Notes under the pieces: model-generated
What the model was told of the DNA's origin: nothing
What the model saw: only the letters and a program-made list of their open reading frames with translations
The model's database searches: none
Made by a program: the position numbers and the translations under genes
Assembly: GCF_009834535.1 (NCBI RefSeq)
Contig: NC_045696.1
Coordinates: forward strand, 24,988,001 to 25,052,000
Direction of reading: 5' to 3'
Origin: Camelus ferus
Lineage: Eukaryota
DNA: 64,000 nt
Shown here: positions 13,091-24,330 of the stretch, piece after piece
How the letters are laid out: the number at the start of each line of letters is the position of its first letter
Position numbering within the stretch: the first letter of the stretch is position 1

Positions 13091-13653
13091 CTCAATTTTA
13101 AGTATGCAAGATTAGTTCTGTGTACATGATGAATCTCTTTATGTTATTAAAGCTACTGATATAACTAGAATAACATTTAACTCAAAACCACAGATATATG
13201 AGATACATGTGAGATACTTATGCTAAATTTATGTAAATATATTAAAAAGTCATTTTTGTATATGTTCATAGAGCTGCTATGGTGTTTTTAATGCATCAGT
13301 TTACTTAAGTAACAACTTATAGTGTCCATGTACAATTTTTGCTTTATTGTACTCCAGTAGGTATTTTGGTATTCCTTTTTAAGCATTCATAGGTTTAATG
13401 GCATATTTTGCAAACTGATACTGAAGAATATTCAAATGAATGTTTAGACTATGAGGTTAAAGATGAATGAGCTTTCATATTAATCATCATAGTGAGGATC
13501 TCAAAGGGAAGCATAATTTTTAAATGTATCTCCTTATAAGCAGGATGACTTGTAAATACACAATGCATATTAGAAATGGGATTTGAGTGGTAATACATTT
13601 CTTTAAGATTTTAATTTATTATACTTTTCATGTCCACCCCTCTCAATGTGCAG

Positions 13654-13772
13654 AATTTAAAATGCAATGGCCAGAAGACAAGGAAGAGTCACTAGAAGAA
13701 TGTGGACATGGGATCTAAGACTGCTAGTGATTCTGATCCTTTGGAGTCAGCAGGGGAATGGACAAGGCCAAG
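13654..13772 (+). other. ROBO2: ROBO2a exon (13 nt 5'UTR + 106 nt CDS, 119 nt)
   Basis: Acceptor: pyrimidine-rich cttttcatgtccacccctctcaatgtgCAG| (AG 13652-13653). Donor: AAG|GTAGGC. There are 13 nt of UTR before the ATG, as I recall for the orthologous human exon. Confidence 0.9.
13667..13772 (+). CDS. ROBO2: ROBO2 (roundabout guidance receptor 2), long isoform ROBO2a: first coding exon (signal peptide), partial CDS, phase-1 donor
   Basis: ATG at 13667 (gcaATGg) reads MARRQGRVTRRMWTWDLRLLVILILWSQQGNGQGQ+G. This matches the human ROBO2a N-terminus as I recall it (MARRHERVTRRMWTWAPGLLMMTVVFWGHQGNGQGQG). It has a basic n-region, hydrophobic h-region and polar c-region, and ends at donor CAAG|GTAGGC (GT 13773-13774). 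Confidence 0.93.
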
Positions 13773-14987
13773 GTAGGCGCATGTTTTAACATTCTGAGAG
13801 CTGGATTTGAGTTTACTTTATTTTGAGATTACGTGGACCTTTGGTTTGATGTTTTAAATGATTTGTTGTGATCTTGCTCCAAGTTTTCTGTTAAAGTGGA
13901 CTGTTATGCTTCTGAAGCAGTTAAATTAAGCTAGAATTAGGTGTGAGTCAGTATATCAAATCTGATGGCATTGCTTAAAGATTGGCTTTACTCTGTTGTA
14001 GTAAATGCTATACAGATATATTTGTGTGTGTGGATTTGTATAGTTGTACAAGAATTTATTGATTAAAGGTGTTATATTTTTGAAGCGATTTTGGATCTCT
14101 TTAGTGACTTTCATGTTTTAATTTTTTAAATTTCAAGAACATACTCATTAAAGGGTGTGATGTTCTTCAGAAATTAAGTGGAAAATTTGACGTTCCTAGT
14201 TACTTTGCCAAGTGTATTTGGAGGAAATTAATGATAGAGTGGAGCCGCAGGTTTATTGTGTCCTGAAATGTCCTTTCCTGAAATGTCCTTTGCAGAGTTG
14301 AAAGGGGCTATAAATTTTGTAATAAGGGTTTTCAATATACTGATGTGATCAAGAGCTCTGTGGAGTGTTTTACGCCAAAGCTAGTGTCTATGAAATTTGT
14401 TTTGTGATAAGTATTGTATTATTTTTGGAGGTGTGTTGTCTACTCAAATACACATTGCAATTTAATGTTTTCCATTATAAAAGGAAGTCCTGACCCCCCA
14501 TGAATTTTGTTTTTTCTTTGAGGAGAATTCATTATGACATTGTTTCTGCATTTGTCAAGCCTTGAAATCTGTGCGCAGGAAAGGTATAAGAAAATTGCTC
14601 TAGATAAAATTGAAACTATATAGTAGTGCTGGGCTTTTGTTAGTCCTGTGGTTTCCAAAATAGCCAGTAAATATTGTGTATATTCAAGGAAGTTTATAAT
14701 CTCTTTTGAAAAGGTTACACAAAAAGAACATTGTTTGCTTATCACATAATTTGTTCATGAATTTTTTAAATGGAATAGGAATATGTTTTTCAAAAATAAA
14801 AATGCATGTCTTATCTGTGAATAGGTATATATACATATATGCAGATAATTTTAATAATGAAATAGGGTTTGGTTTTTTTTTTTATTTTCCTTTCATGTTA
14901 TTAAGAATTTATATTAACATCTAGTTGACTTCTCGTCTTTTCTTTTTTTGATAAAAATAATGTAAGAAAATCCTACTTAGCACACAC

Positions 14988-15011
14988 TTTTTTTTTTTTT
15001 TTTTTTTTTTT
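14988..15011. repeat. Poly(T) tract (T24)
   Basis: Directly visible homopolymer. Confidence 0.95.
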
Positions 15012-16220
15012 ACCAAAGGTCTAAAACTAGAATCTGTAGGCAGCATTTCTGTTGGCTAGAAGAGTTGTTTATTCCTCTGGCAATGTGTCGGATCACTAAA
15101 ATGCAGCAGGACAACTGTTTCTCTGCAATAGTGATCCAACAGTACATTTAGTATTACAAGAGAATGCCAAAACCCTTTCTGTGGCCATCATATCCAGGGA
15201 TTATGACTTATTCTCGTTAGTTAATAGTTGTTGGATATTTAAAACATTTGAGGAAAAGTATCGTCTCTCTTATTTGTCCAAGTGCTCTATTCTTTCTTCA
15301 GTATTGATTGTTTGTATACTTTCCTTTGATAGTAAAAAAAAAAAAAAAGTCCCAAATAAATTTTATGTTTAGCTATAGTGCAGCTTCTAATGGTAAAGGC
15401 ACGTTTAAGTCATATACTTCTTTTTTAAAAGAATAAAATAAAATAGGCAATGATTCAAAGGATAAAACAACCTAACAGAAAACATAATAGAATGATTTAA
15501 TACATGGTTTAGGGAATTTTGCTTCCTTTTAAGTAGCTAGAGTGAATGAAACAAGATTTCTTAGGCATGATAAGCAAATCTTACCATTTCAAGTACAAGC
15601 CAAGCTACAGATTACTATTTAGATCAATAAGCCTAATTAAATATTAATTTTTCACTTTGAGACATATAATTAAGCAGAAGTTTAAAATAAAAGTTTTTAA
15701 ATTAAAACTATATTGCTGGGTATTTTTTTAAATAAAAAATCTCATAGTATTTTACTATTGGTAAGAAAATTATGCATTAAAATATGTAAATAAAGCATTT
15801 TCTATATTAGTTTACAACTTTGCCTCAAAATTTAACTATTGGGACCTCCAAAGTCCAGAGTTGTGGCTGAGTATTGATGAAGTATGATTTTTGCTGCATG
15901 CATGCACTCAAAAACTAATAAAATTATTTTCACATAAATACCTTAGGGATGATAAACAAAGCTAAATTGAATTTTTTTGTACAAGCCTTCCATATTAATC
16001 AGTCTATTCTAATTATTTGTAAGTCATTGGGAAATCTGGTTGTTTTTCCCCATAAAAACCATGTTAGAAAAGGCAATTAAGTTTGAGGACAGAAGGGAAA
16101 ATCCCACTTGTTCTAGAATGTTATGTAGCATCCTATTTGATATTAATTCAACTGTGTGTAGCCACCGCTTATAAAGAAAATGTTGTAGGAAATGAATTCT
16201 GAGTTCTAAATAAGAATGAT

Positions 16221-16277
16221 GGCCAATGATCCCTCTGGGTCATCGAGGTCAAATAAAAAAGAATGGGAGTGGGTGGG
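16221..16277 (+). promoter_or_regulatory. Candidate cis-element: CCAAT box + perfect DR3 nuclear-receptor repeat + GT-box
   Basis: GGCCAATGA (16221-16229), GGGTCA-tcg-AGGTCA (16237-16251) and gggagtgggtggg (16265-16277) in non-repeat DNA. Motif evidence only. Confidence 0.3.
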
Positions 16278-18883
16278 AAACAGGCATATGTCCCTTGTCA
16301 GTTTTTTATGTCTGTCAAGAAGAGCATCCGCTTGAGGACATACTGTTTCTCTGACTTTTGACTTACAGAAGCATCTACTAAGATGCTTATCCTTCAAGTA
16401 ACATTCCTGGACTTGGACTCTGCTAATTTCTATGCTGCCTAAGTGGTTAGTACATTAGAAACTACTTAAAAAATAAAAATTAAGTCAATCCTTAAGTTAA
16501 TGTAAAACATACATGATTTTTTAAAGAAAGTATATCTACAATACAAATAAATAAGTAACATAAACATTTGGATTTGTCTTTAAAGGAACTATTAAAAGAT
16601 AATTTTACAAATATATATTTCCCAACACTAAATTAGACATTGACTTTGGGGATATAATCTGGATAAAACTGAACTAGTATCCAGTACGTACAGGTGCAGT
16701 TTATTGTACAACAGGTAAAATCCTGGGAACTTTGGCTGAGAAGAGGGGCTATAGAGAGTCACCAGAGAGCCCAGTTGATTTGCAGGATTTTAGGAAGTGC
16801 AGGCAGCAGTTGTATTCAGAACTGAGAAATTATTTCCAAACTCAGTAATCACATTTCTTTCTTTCCTCAACAGTTTGTTCAAGTAATAATATGAGCTATG
16901 TATAAAGGTTAAGGTGTAATTTATATATATTTTTAAACAGTCACTGAGAGGCATATGAATTTGAAGGTGATATGAAGCAGGTTGGGTTAAGATGAATACT
17001 TGTTAAAAATAAAGATACTGATTTGACTTTAAAAAGCAAATAAACCATTCAGAAATACTGCTTGGTAATTCTTAAAAATATATTTCTCTCTTAATGGCTT
17101 TAATAAAGGATTCTTATTTTTTTTCTGGTATATAATAAAAGTGTGCTATTTTCTGGTACATATTAAGAATAAGAAACATAAGAATGAATGTCAGTCTGTT
17201 TCCAAAAACAAGTTTGTCAAAGTTTTTGAATTATCACTACTTTATTGAGTTGTAGCTAATATAGAGTTTAAATATAGTATTAATTTTAATATGTTATCAG
17301 GAGTGCGTAAAGAATTTTGATCAATTTGTTTTCCATAATTTACACATTGAAATTCCAAATAGCCACCCTGATGCTAGGATTAAGAAAGTTGGAAATTTTG
17401 AAGAAGCGTATAGAGATCCCTCATGCAACAAAATTCACGTTTGAGGACAAATCAATTTAATATCTTCCATTTTCATGACCAGATTTTGTGTCAGATATTG
17501 AGCATTCAAAAAAAAGTCTGATGATATTCAACAATTATAATCTTTAGTTTCATGATCTCTCTTTAGTTTCAATATTTTAGTTGAGGCAAAATTTTAGAAA
17601 AGTAAATTATTCAGCTGTCCTATTTCACAAGTTGTTAAACTATATTATTTTTGAATCATTGTATTTAATTATGTTTTGCATTGGTCACACATCCATTTTT
17701 TTTCTCTAGAGAGATCAGAGTAAACCTTTTCTAGAATGGATAGATGGATGGATGGATAAATAAAAAGTTTTCTATATATCTCTCTCCCTTGAAATCTTCC
17801 CAGTGCGTAACAAAGATATTATGTTATTGTTTCTCTCATTTTCTCTTTCATTCATGAAATTAAAGTGATTATATAATTGTCAATAAATGAAAACAGTATC
17901 CAATTTTGAGTTGAAGGCTTTTAGCTATAGGTTTTCAATTAGAATATCTCAGATAAAGTGATTTATGAATTTTAATAATATCTTAGAATCACTACTAGTG
18001 AGGAACAATTACCTTGAAGGACCTTAATGCCACCTAAAATTTGTTTTTCAGGGTTGCTTGGATAAATTATTTTCATCTTATAATTGAATATTATTTTAAG
18101 AGAAGTGAGCTCAGACATTTGGCCGTGAATGCTGATTGATGATTATTTGTATATCTCAGGATGCCTGACCTTAAAATATCATCAAGCCAAGTTGCAGTGA
18201 AGTCGAACTTTGCTATATAATAGAAGTCTTAATGCGTCCACCATTTTTATCAAATGTAAAGAACTCTCCATTGTCCTGGATAATATATATGTCTTTATGT
18301 ACATATAAAAATGTATATGGCAGAATTTAATTTAGTCTATGGCAGAATTATGTTACTTATGTCCAGTTCTAGTTTTGATTTAAACTTCTTAAAATATAAG
18401 TGCAAATATCCCAAACTTAAAACCCCTATAGACTTCCACCCCAACAACACTTAAAATCTTACCAATTATTCCTGACAGCTTCTTCCTACAAAATAAGCCA
18501 GCCATTCTTAGCGATTACCTGCAGTACACCATTGACACAGCTTGAAATGTTCATACCCTATTGTAAGCAGAGAAAGCAGTGATTTAAGCATGCAAGTGAA
18601 TTTAGTTTAAAGACAACATTTTTGAAGAGCTTGTCCTCAAAATTTTGATTTTTGAGAAAGCTATCAGTGCATTCAGATTGTTTCCAGACATCTGAAGTTT
18701 ATGTTTCTAAAAGAAGCTGGTGCGAGTCCTTCTATGTAATCTGCATGGGAGCCCATGAAGTAAAGGAGGTGATGCTACAGATGTCTAAATGTAAAAAGTT
18801 GCTTTGGAGTGCTTGCTTAAAATATATCTATATATATTTTCCACAGAAAGAAATTTTTTTCCACAATTTCGATTAGATGTTTT

Positions 18884-19330
18884 TGTTGCCAGAGAATAGA
18901 TTCTTGCTTTGCACAAAAAGAATTCAAGAGTGAGGCATAGTAAAGTGAAAGCAAGTTTATTTGGAGAGATAGACACTCCATAGACAGAGTGCGGGCTGTC
19001 TCAGAAGGCCAGAGAGAGAGAGAGCAACTGTGAGGTGCAGCCTTGTTAGTTTTCATGGGCCCAGTCATTTCATATGTTAACACGTAGAAGGATTCTTCCA
19101 ACTATGTTGGGGGAGAGGCAGGAACTTCCAGGAATTGCTCCTCCTCCCGCCTACTTTTTGAGCTCTTATGGTCAGCCTAGGAACTGTCATGGCACCTGTG
19201 GGTGCGCCATGAGGCTCAAGATCTACTAAATCGAATCTTCTGCCACCTTGGTTCTGTTGAGTTTGTCCTGTCCTCAACTGGTGTGTTATTTCTTCAATGG
19301 TTGTGCCCTGCCTCTTTCCCTTCTGTCTTA
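18884..19330 (-). mobile_element. ERV (probably ERV1-class) solo LTR
   Basis: GC-richer ~450-bp island from tgttgccagag to ctgtctta (decayed TG..CA). Contains aaagaattcaagagtgag...gaaagcaagtttatt (minus-strand AATAAA), typical of antisense ERV1 LTRs. Confidence 0.75.
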
Positions 19331-21123
19331 CTTTTAATGAAATTATGGTATAGTAATTTTTTTTTTTAGTGTTTAAACTGTCTTTCTGAACATTAAAACC
19401 ATTGCCATGGTGGGGGGGGGAGTCTAATTGTGAAATACTCCATTTTAATAGGAGAACATGGTAATTGATACCTCTTTTCACTGAAATTATATAACATTAT
19501 TCAATATTTAGATGGCATTTGTTCACAATATTTTAAAAAGTATTCTTAACATGCAACCTAATTAAGTATGTTTTAATTCTCATTTATTTTATTCTTTAAG
19601 GTAAATCTCACTTTATGAAGGTTCTCCTACCCTCTAAAAATTAAATTCATTTAGGAAAAAATTATTTTAAACACTGCTTTAAGTGCCCTTAGCATTTTTA
19701 ATTGAGTTTTAATGTTCTGTTCTTACATATTTAAAGGCTGTGGGCACTTGGCTTAGAATTAAAATTTTATTTGAAGATCTTTGTTGTATTAGAAATTTCT
19801 TATGGAATTTGACTTGAAGAATAGAGAAGTTTACAGTATGTATCTTCTATGTGATATGCTAGCCTTATCCCTCTCCCCAGCCACATACAGAGAGAAAAAG
19901 AGAAGTCAAATTGGGAATAAAGAGACCGTAAGTAGTTCAAGAGATAGAAAGAGGAATAGAAGTAAGTGATAGGAGCAGGTGTGAGAAATATGTCAGCTAT
20001 GGTCTTCTAACATATGCTAATAATAATAATAAAATATGATGTAAATTCTTAAAAGTATATCTGCATGTGAAGTTTTTAGTAGGACTTTTGCCAGCAAAAA
20101 AAAAGTAATAATAAATAAATAAATAGAAATAAAGTGGGAAGAGGGTGAGGAAGGCGGCTTCTTCTCCAAGCAGGCGCAGAGCTTACCCCACCTTGCTTTG
20201 TAATTAGTCTCCCTGCCAACTCATGGTATGAAGTGTGAAATTTGTGCTTTGAAAGAAAGTTAAGTTCTTTGTGCACTAAAGGACAAAATACTGAAGAGCC
20301 TGGACATTGGAGTCAAGAGATTCAAAATAGCCTTGTGTGTGCGATGGAGTATTTCAGTCTTTGGCAGAAATTACAGCTTATTCTTAATTCTTTTTGTTTC
20401 TTTCTGCCTCTTCAACCTATAATGCCATACCTACCTCAGCATAAATACATACTTGGGAATCACTTCTCTGTCACTTATTAGGTTTCCTTTAAAAAGCCCA
20501 TGAAATTACATGAATTTCAAAGTCGCCAACTTAGATTTCAAGAGACTAAAAAAAATAATCTGGCACCTTTCCATTGTGTAGGTTGTACACAGTGTTCACA
20601 AGCTACATATTGTCTTTACGGAGTGTGTGCCTCATCCATCAGCAACTTTGCTTCCCTAAATCATCATGTATCTTATCTAAAGGCTTTTTCTGAAAATTTA
20701 GAAATGCAGATTTATATTTGGTCATGTCACAGTGTGATCTGTTTATCAACTTAGCTTTATCGAAGCATAAACTGTGTTTTTTATAGTTAATTGTGTATGA
20801 CAATAATTGGGATGTAATATATCTTATGCTTTTTTTCTTGTCTTTTTTTTTAACTTATTTTTTCTGTAATAACTTCTGATGCTCATTTGTAAGATCTTAC
20901 TTTCTCTCTTGTTTCCATCTGGTTCTCCTCCTTTTATCCCTTGTCACAGATACCTCTCACTCTGTTTCTGCCCAGATTCTGTATTATTACTTTGATGTTG
21001 CTTGTTGCAGTTTTAAAAGCTCCCCATATACAATCCTATCAGTATTTCTTAACATGCACTATAACTGTTCCTTTGTATCTTTTCCTTATTTATTTTTAAG
21101 TCCCTTGATATCTCAGAGTGTAT

Positions 21124-21680
21124 ATTCATCATGCATATTCATCTATTCAACAAAATTTTATGAAATACTTACGGGCCAGTAACTATTCTGGATGCTAATG
21201 TTAGAGCAGTTAAGAAAATTGACAAAGAGCCCTGCCATCATAGAACTTGCGTTCCAGCGCGGGGAGGCAGACAGCAGAGAGTGAGCAATGTAAATATGTA
21301 ATGTATAGCAAGTGAGATGGTGAAAAATAATGCTGTAATGGAGATCAGATAATTGTGAGAAGGTAATTGGATAGTCCGGAATGACCTCAGAAAATGGCAG
21401 TTGAGAGCCCAAAGTGATGAGAGCCTGAGCCACACACATTTGGGGCAAGAACATTCCTTGCAAGGGTGCAACAAAGGTATAAATCTTGAGCGGGATCATG
21501 CCTGGTGTTATGTAGGAACAGCAAATAAACTACGTGGCGGGGAGTAGGAGAGGAGGTAATGAATAGCATGAGGGAAGGATGCAGATATGTAGAGTCTTAC
21601 ATGCAGTTGTAGTGAGTATGGCTTTTGTTTGGAGTGAAGTGGGAAGCTATTGGAGGATTCTGAGATGTCTTTTGGTAATT
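21124..21680 (-). mobile_element. L2a 3' portion
   Basis: attcatctattcaacaaaattttatg...ccctgccatcatagaacttgcgttccagcgcggggaggcagaca...tttggggcaagaacattcc is the reverse complement of the L2 3' end. Confidence 0.85.
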
Positions 21681-22499
21681 CACTTTCAGACTATACAATG
21701 GTCAACACTTAGGAGTCAGCAGTATCACTTTATTGCTCTTGCAGTCAACTAAAAACTAGTGTATTAACATAATGTTAAATTTTATTTTATACTGATTAAA
21801 ACAAGCTTTTATCTTTCTCTTTTTCTTTACTGAGTATCTCTTTAAATTAATTTGAAAGCTTTCTTGAATAGTGGACCAATGCAAATTTAGCATAATGCCT
21901 AACTAATTCTTCATCAGATTTAGGTATTTAATTGAAGGTGTTAATTAGAAAGAGCATTTGTTCTGTTGGAAAATGTTAATAAAACTGCTTTTGAATTACT
22001 ATCATGTCAATCAAAATCATATTAAGTTGTGTTTTTGGAACCTAAATGTAAACAGTTGTAATGAGTTAATAGCCTTAAGTATATGTCTGTCTTCTCTATG
22101 GTCAGGGGTGCTTGAACGTGGGAAAACTTACTGGCTTCAAATCTAGGAACCAGGAATACCCAGCAATGCTTTTGTTTTGTTTCCTGGTGGAATTGTCCTT
22201 CAGGTAGGAAGGTGTTTCCTTACCAAGCAAACACTCTATTTTGTCTCACTTTATGCCTTTTTTTTTTTTTTTTTTTTGGTCCAAATAATGGTTTTGAGGA
22301 AACTAATCTCTCATGATGTAATAAAAGAAGAAATTCTGAGGATAAAATGATATGCATTTTGAAATTGAGTAGAAAGCCAGAAGACAGATAATAAGGGAGA
22401 CAAATACAGAGAAGGAGAAGAAAAAGTATAGCAAAAGGTACTCAGAAGGATTAGCATATGTATAGTAGTCAACAAGGCTATCAAAGGATAGTTAGAGAG

Positions 22500-24330
22500 A
22501 GAGAGTGCCTACTCTATGCCAGGCACTGGGGATACAGCAATGAAGAGGGAAGAGGCACAAGTGGTTATAGCACGGAGGGAAAGAGGAAGAAGACACACAA
22601 ATACATAATCAAATCAGTGTTATGCAGGGCTATGAAGAGCTTGCTACTGTGAAGATTAGATGTGATAATGTGGTTAAGTAGAGCTGGTAAGTGGGAAGGT
22701 GCTGATTTAGCTATAGGGAGGCCAAGAAATTCTCTTTCTGAGAAGGTGATATTTCAGATGAGATTGGAATGAAGAGAAAGAGGCAGGTACTTCAAAAGAT
22801 ACAGGGTGTTCTGAGCCAAAGGAATAGCACATGTAAAGGTTCTGAAATAGAAATAAGCTTGGTATTTTCTTGAAAAGAAGGCCAGTTTGGCTGAAATGAA
22901 GGAAGAGCATGGAAGAGACATGAGGACAGGAATTCTCAAGGGACTAGAAAAGTTAGGATTTTGTAGGAAATGTTTAGATACAAAATAAATATATTGAAAG
23001 GTTAAAGATAGAGATGTGATTATGATTTGATTGACTCTTACACAGTTTCTTCTATCTACAGTATAGAGGGGGTACTATTGGGAAGAGGTAAAATAGTGGA
23101 CAAAGAGGGACCATTCAGCTGACGGTTGCACCTGTCCAGTGAAGGATGGTGGTGGTTGAGATTGTGATTGTAGCAATAAAGTTGGGGAAAATTTGTTGAG
23201 ATTAGAAATTGTTTTGAAGGTAGAGCTGATAGGATTTACTGACCAAGAATCACACAAAATATTTAGATTTAGGGACATAGGAGGTTATGTTCTTTTATTG
23301 GGATGGAGAAAGTTTGATGACATGGGGTATATTCCAGGTGGCAGAGGTATAGGTAGGTACATGTGTGTAATTGATTGTACTTTTTTTTCCTATATTAAAT
23401 TGAGATGCCTGTTAGAATTTAAGCATAAGTATCAAGTAGGCATCAAGAATATAACTTGGCAAGAAATGTATGTTTAAAAATCATAGGCCTAGAGATCATG
23501 CTTCAAGTCATGTGTCTAGGTCAGCCATTGGTAAACTACAGCCCATGAGTCATATCTGTTCTGCTGTCTGGTTTTCTGCGGCTCAAGAGCTGTAAATATT
23601 TTTTAAAAATATTTTAAGTGTAGCATGTAAGATATACAATATATACAAAAGGCTATCTGTCTCTTGTCAAGGACAGTTGCTCAAATTTGCCTTTTGGCCC
23701 ACAAAGCTCACAATATTTGTTCTCTGGCTCTTTACCCAAAATTTTGCTGACCATTGGTTTGTTTAGGGAGGAAAATCTTGATAAAGAAGTGTGCAGCATA
23801 ATTGTGGAAATTACAATTATGTCAACTAGAGCGTTCAAGGTAGAGAATTTAAGCCTGGGTATAATAGATGGTAAGACTTTAAAACAACGATTTGATTATC
23901 AACATGGTCAGTGAAAACTTTGGGAGTTAAAAAGACAGTATCATCAAACCATTCTTTCCATCATACAAGGAACCTCGGCAGGAAGGGAGCTGTGGTTGAG
24001 GAACTGAGGCTAATGTAGTTTGAACAACGAAAGCAAATGGGAGGATGACATTAGATCTGGCTGGAGATGTAAGGAGGGGAGAAACCAAATACTTTAGGCT
24101 TTTTAAAATGACCTTTTAAAAAAAGGAAGTCATTAAAGCATTCTGAAGAGGGGAAAAGAAATCTTATCTGATGAGAGATGTTCACTCCGGATATACATGC
24201 AGCCAGGATGAAGAAGCCAGTGTGTTTGAGGAATTGCCCATTGGTCTAAGTGAAGACCCCAGGTAACCTTAGCAAGGGGAGGTTTGGTACAAAATCCATG
24301 TGGAATAGTCTTAAGAGTGAATGGGATAAG
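22500..24330 (-). mobile_element. L2 (long, fragmented; interrupted by MER58 at 23522-23756)
   Basis: gagtgcctactctatgccaggcactggggatacagcaatgaa...tttgaaggtagagctgataggatttactga...tgagatgcctgttaga. L2-like sequence resumes after the MITE. Confidence 0.75.
23522..23756. mobile_element. hAT-Charlie MITE (MER58B-like) nested in L2
   Basis: Decayed TIRs cagccattggtaaactacagccca ... aaaattttgctgaccattg, with internal ggcccacaaagctcacaatatttgttctctggctctttac. Confidence 0.8.

Noticed and set aside
13654..13695. Reading of the exon as a terminal exon (NLKCNGQKTRKSH*) followed by a 3'UTR
   Set aside because: The ATG-13667 frame matches the ROBO2a signal peptide and ends at a proper phase-1 donor, a much better explanation.
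19077..19481. Longest ORF in the track (134 aa, minus)
   Set aside because: Runs through an LTR and flanking AT-rich DNA, has no recognisable domain, and starts at a non-ATG codon. Chance ORF.
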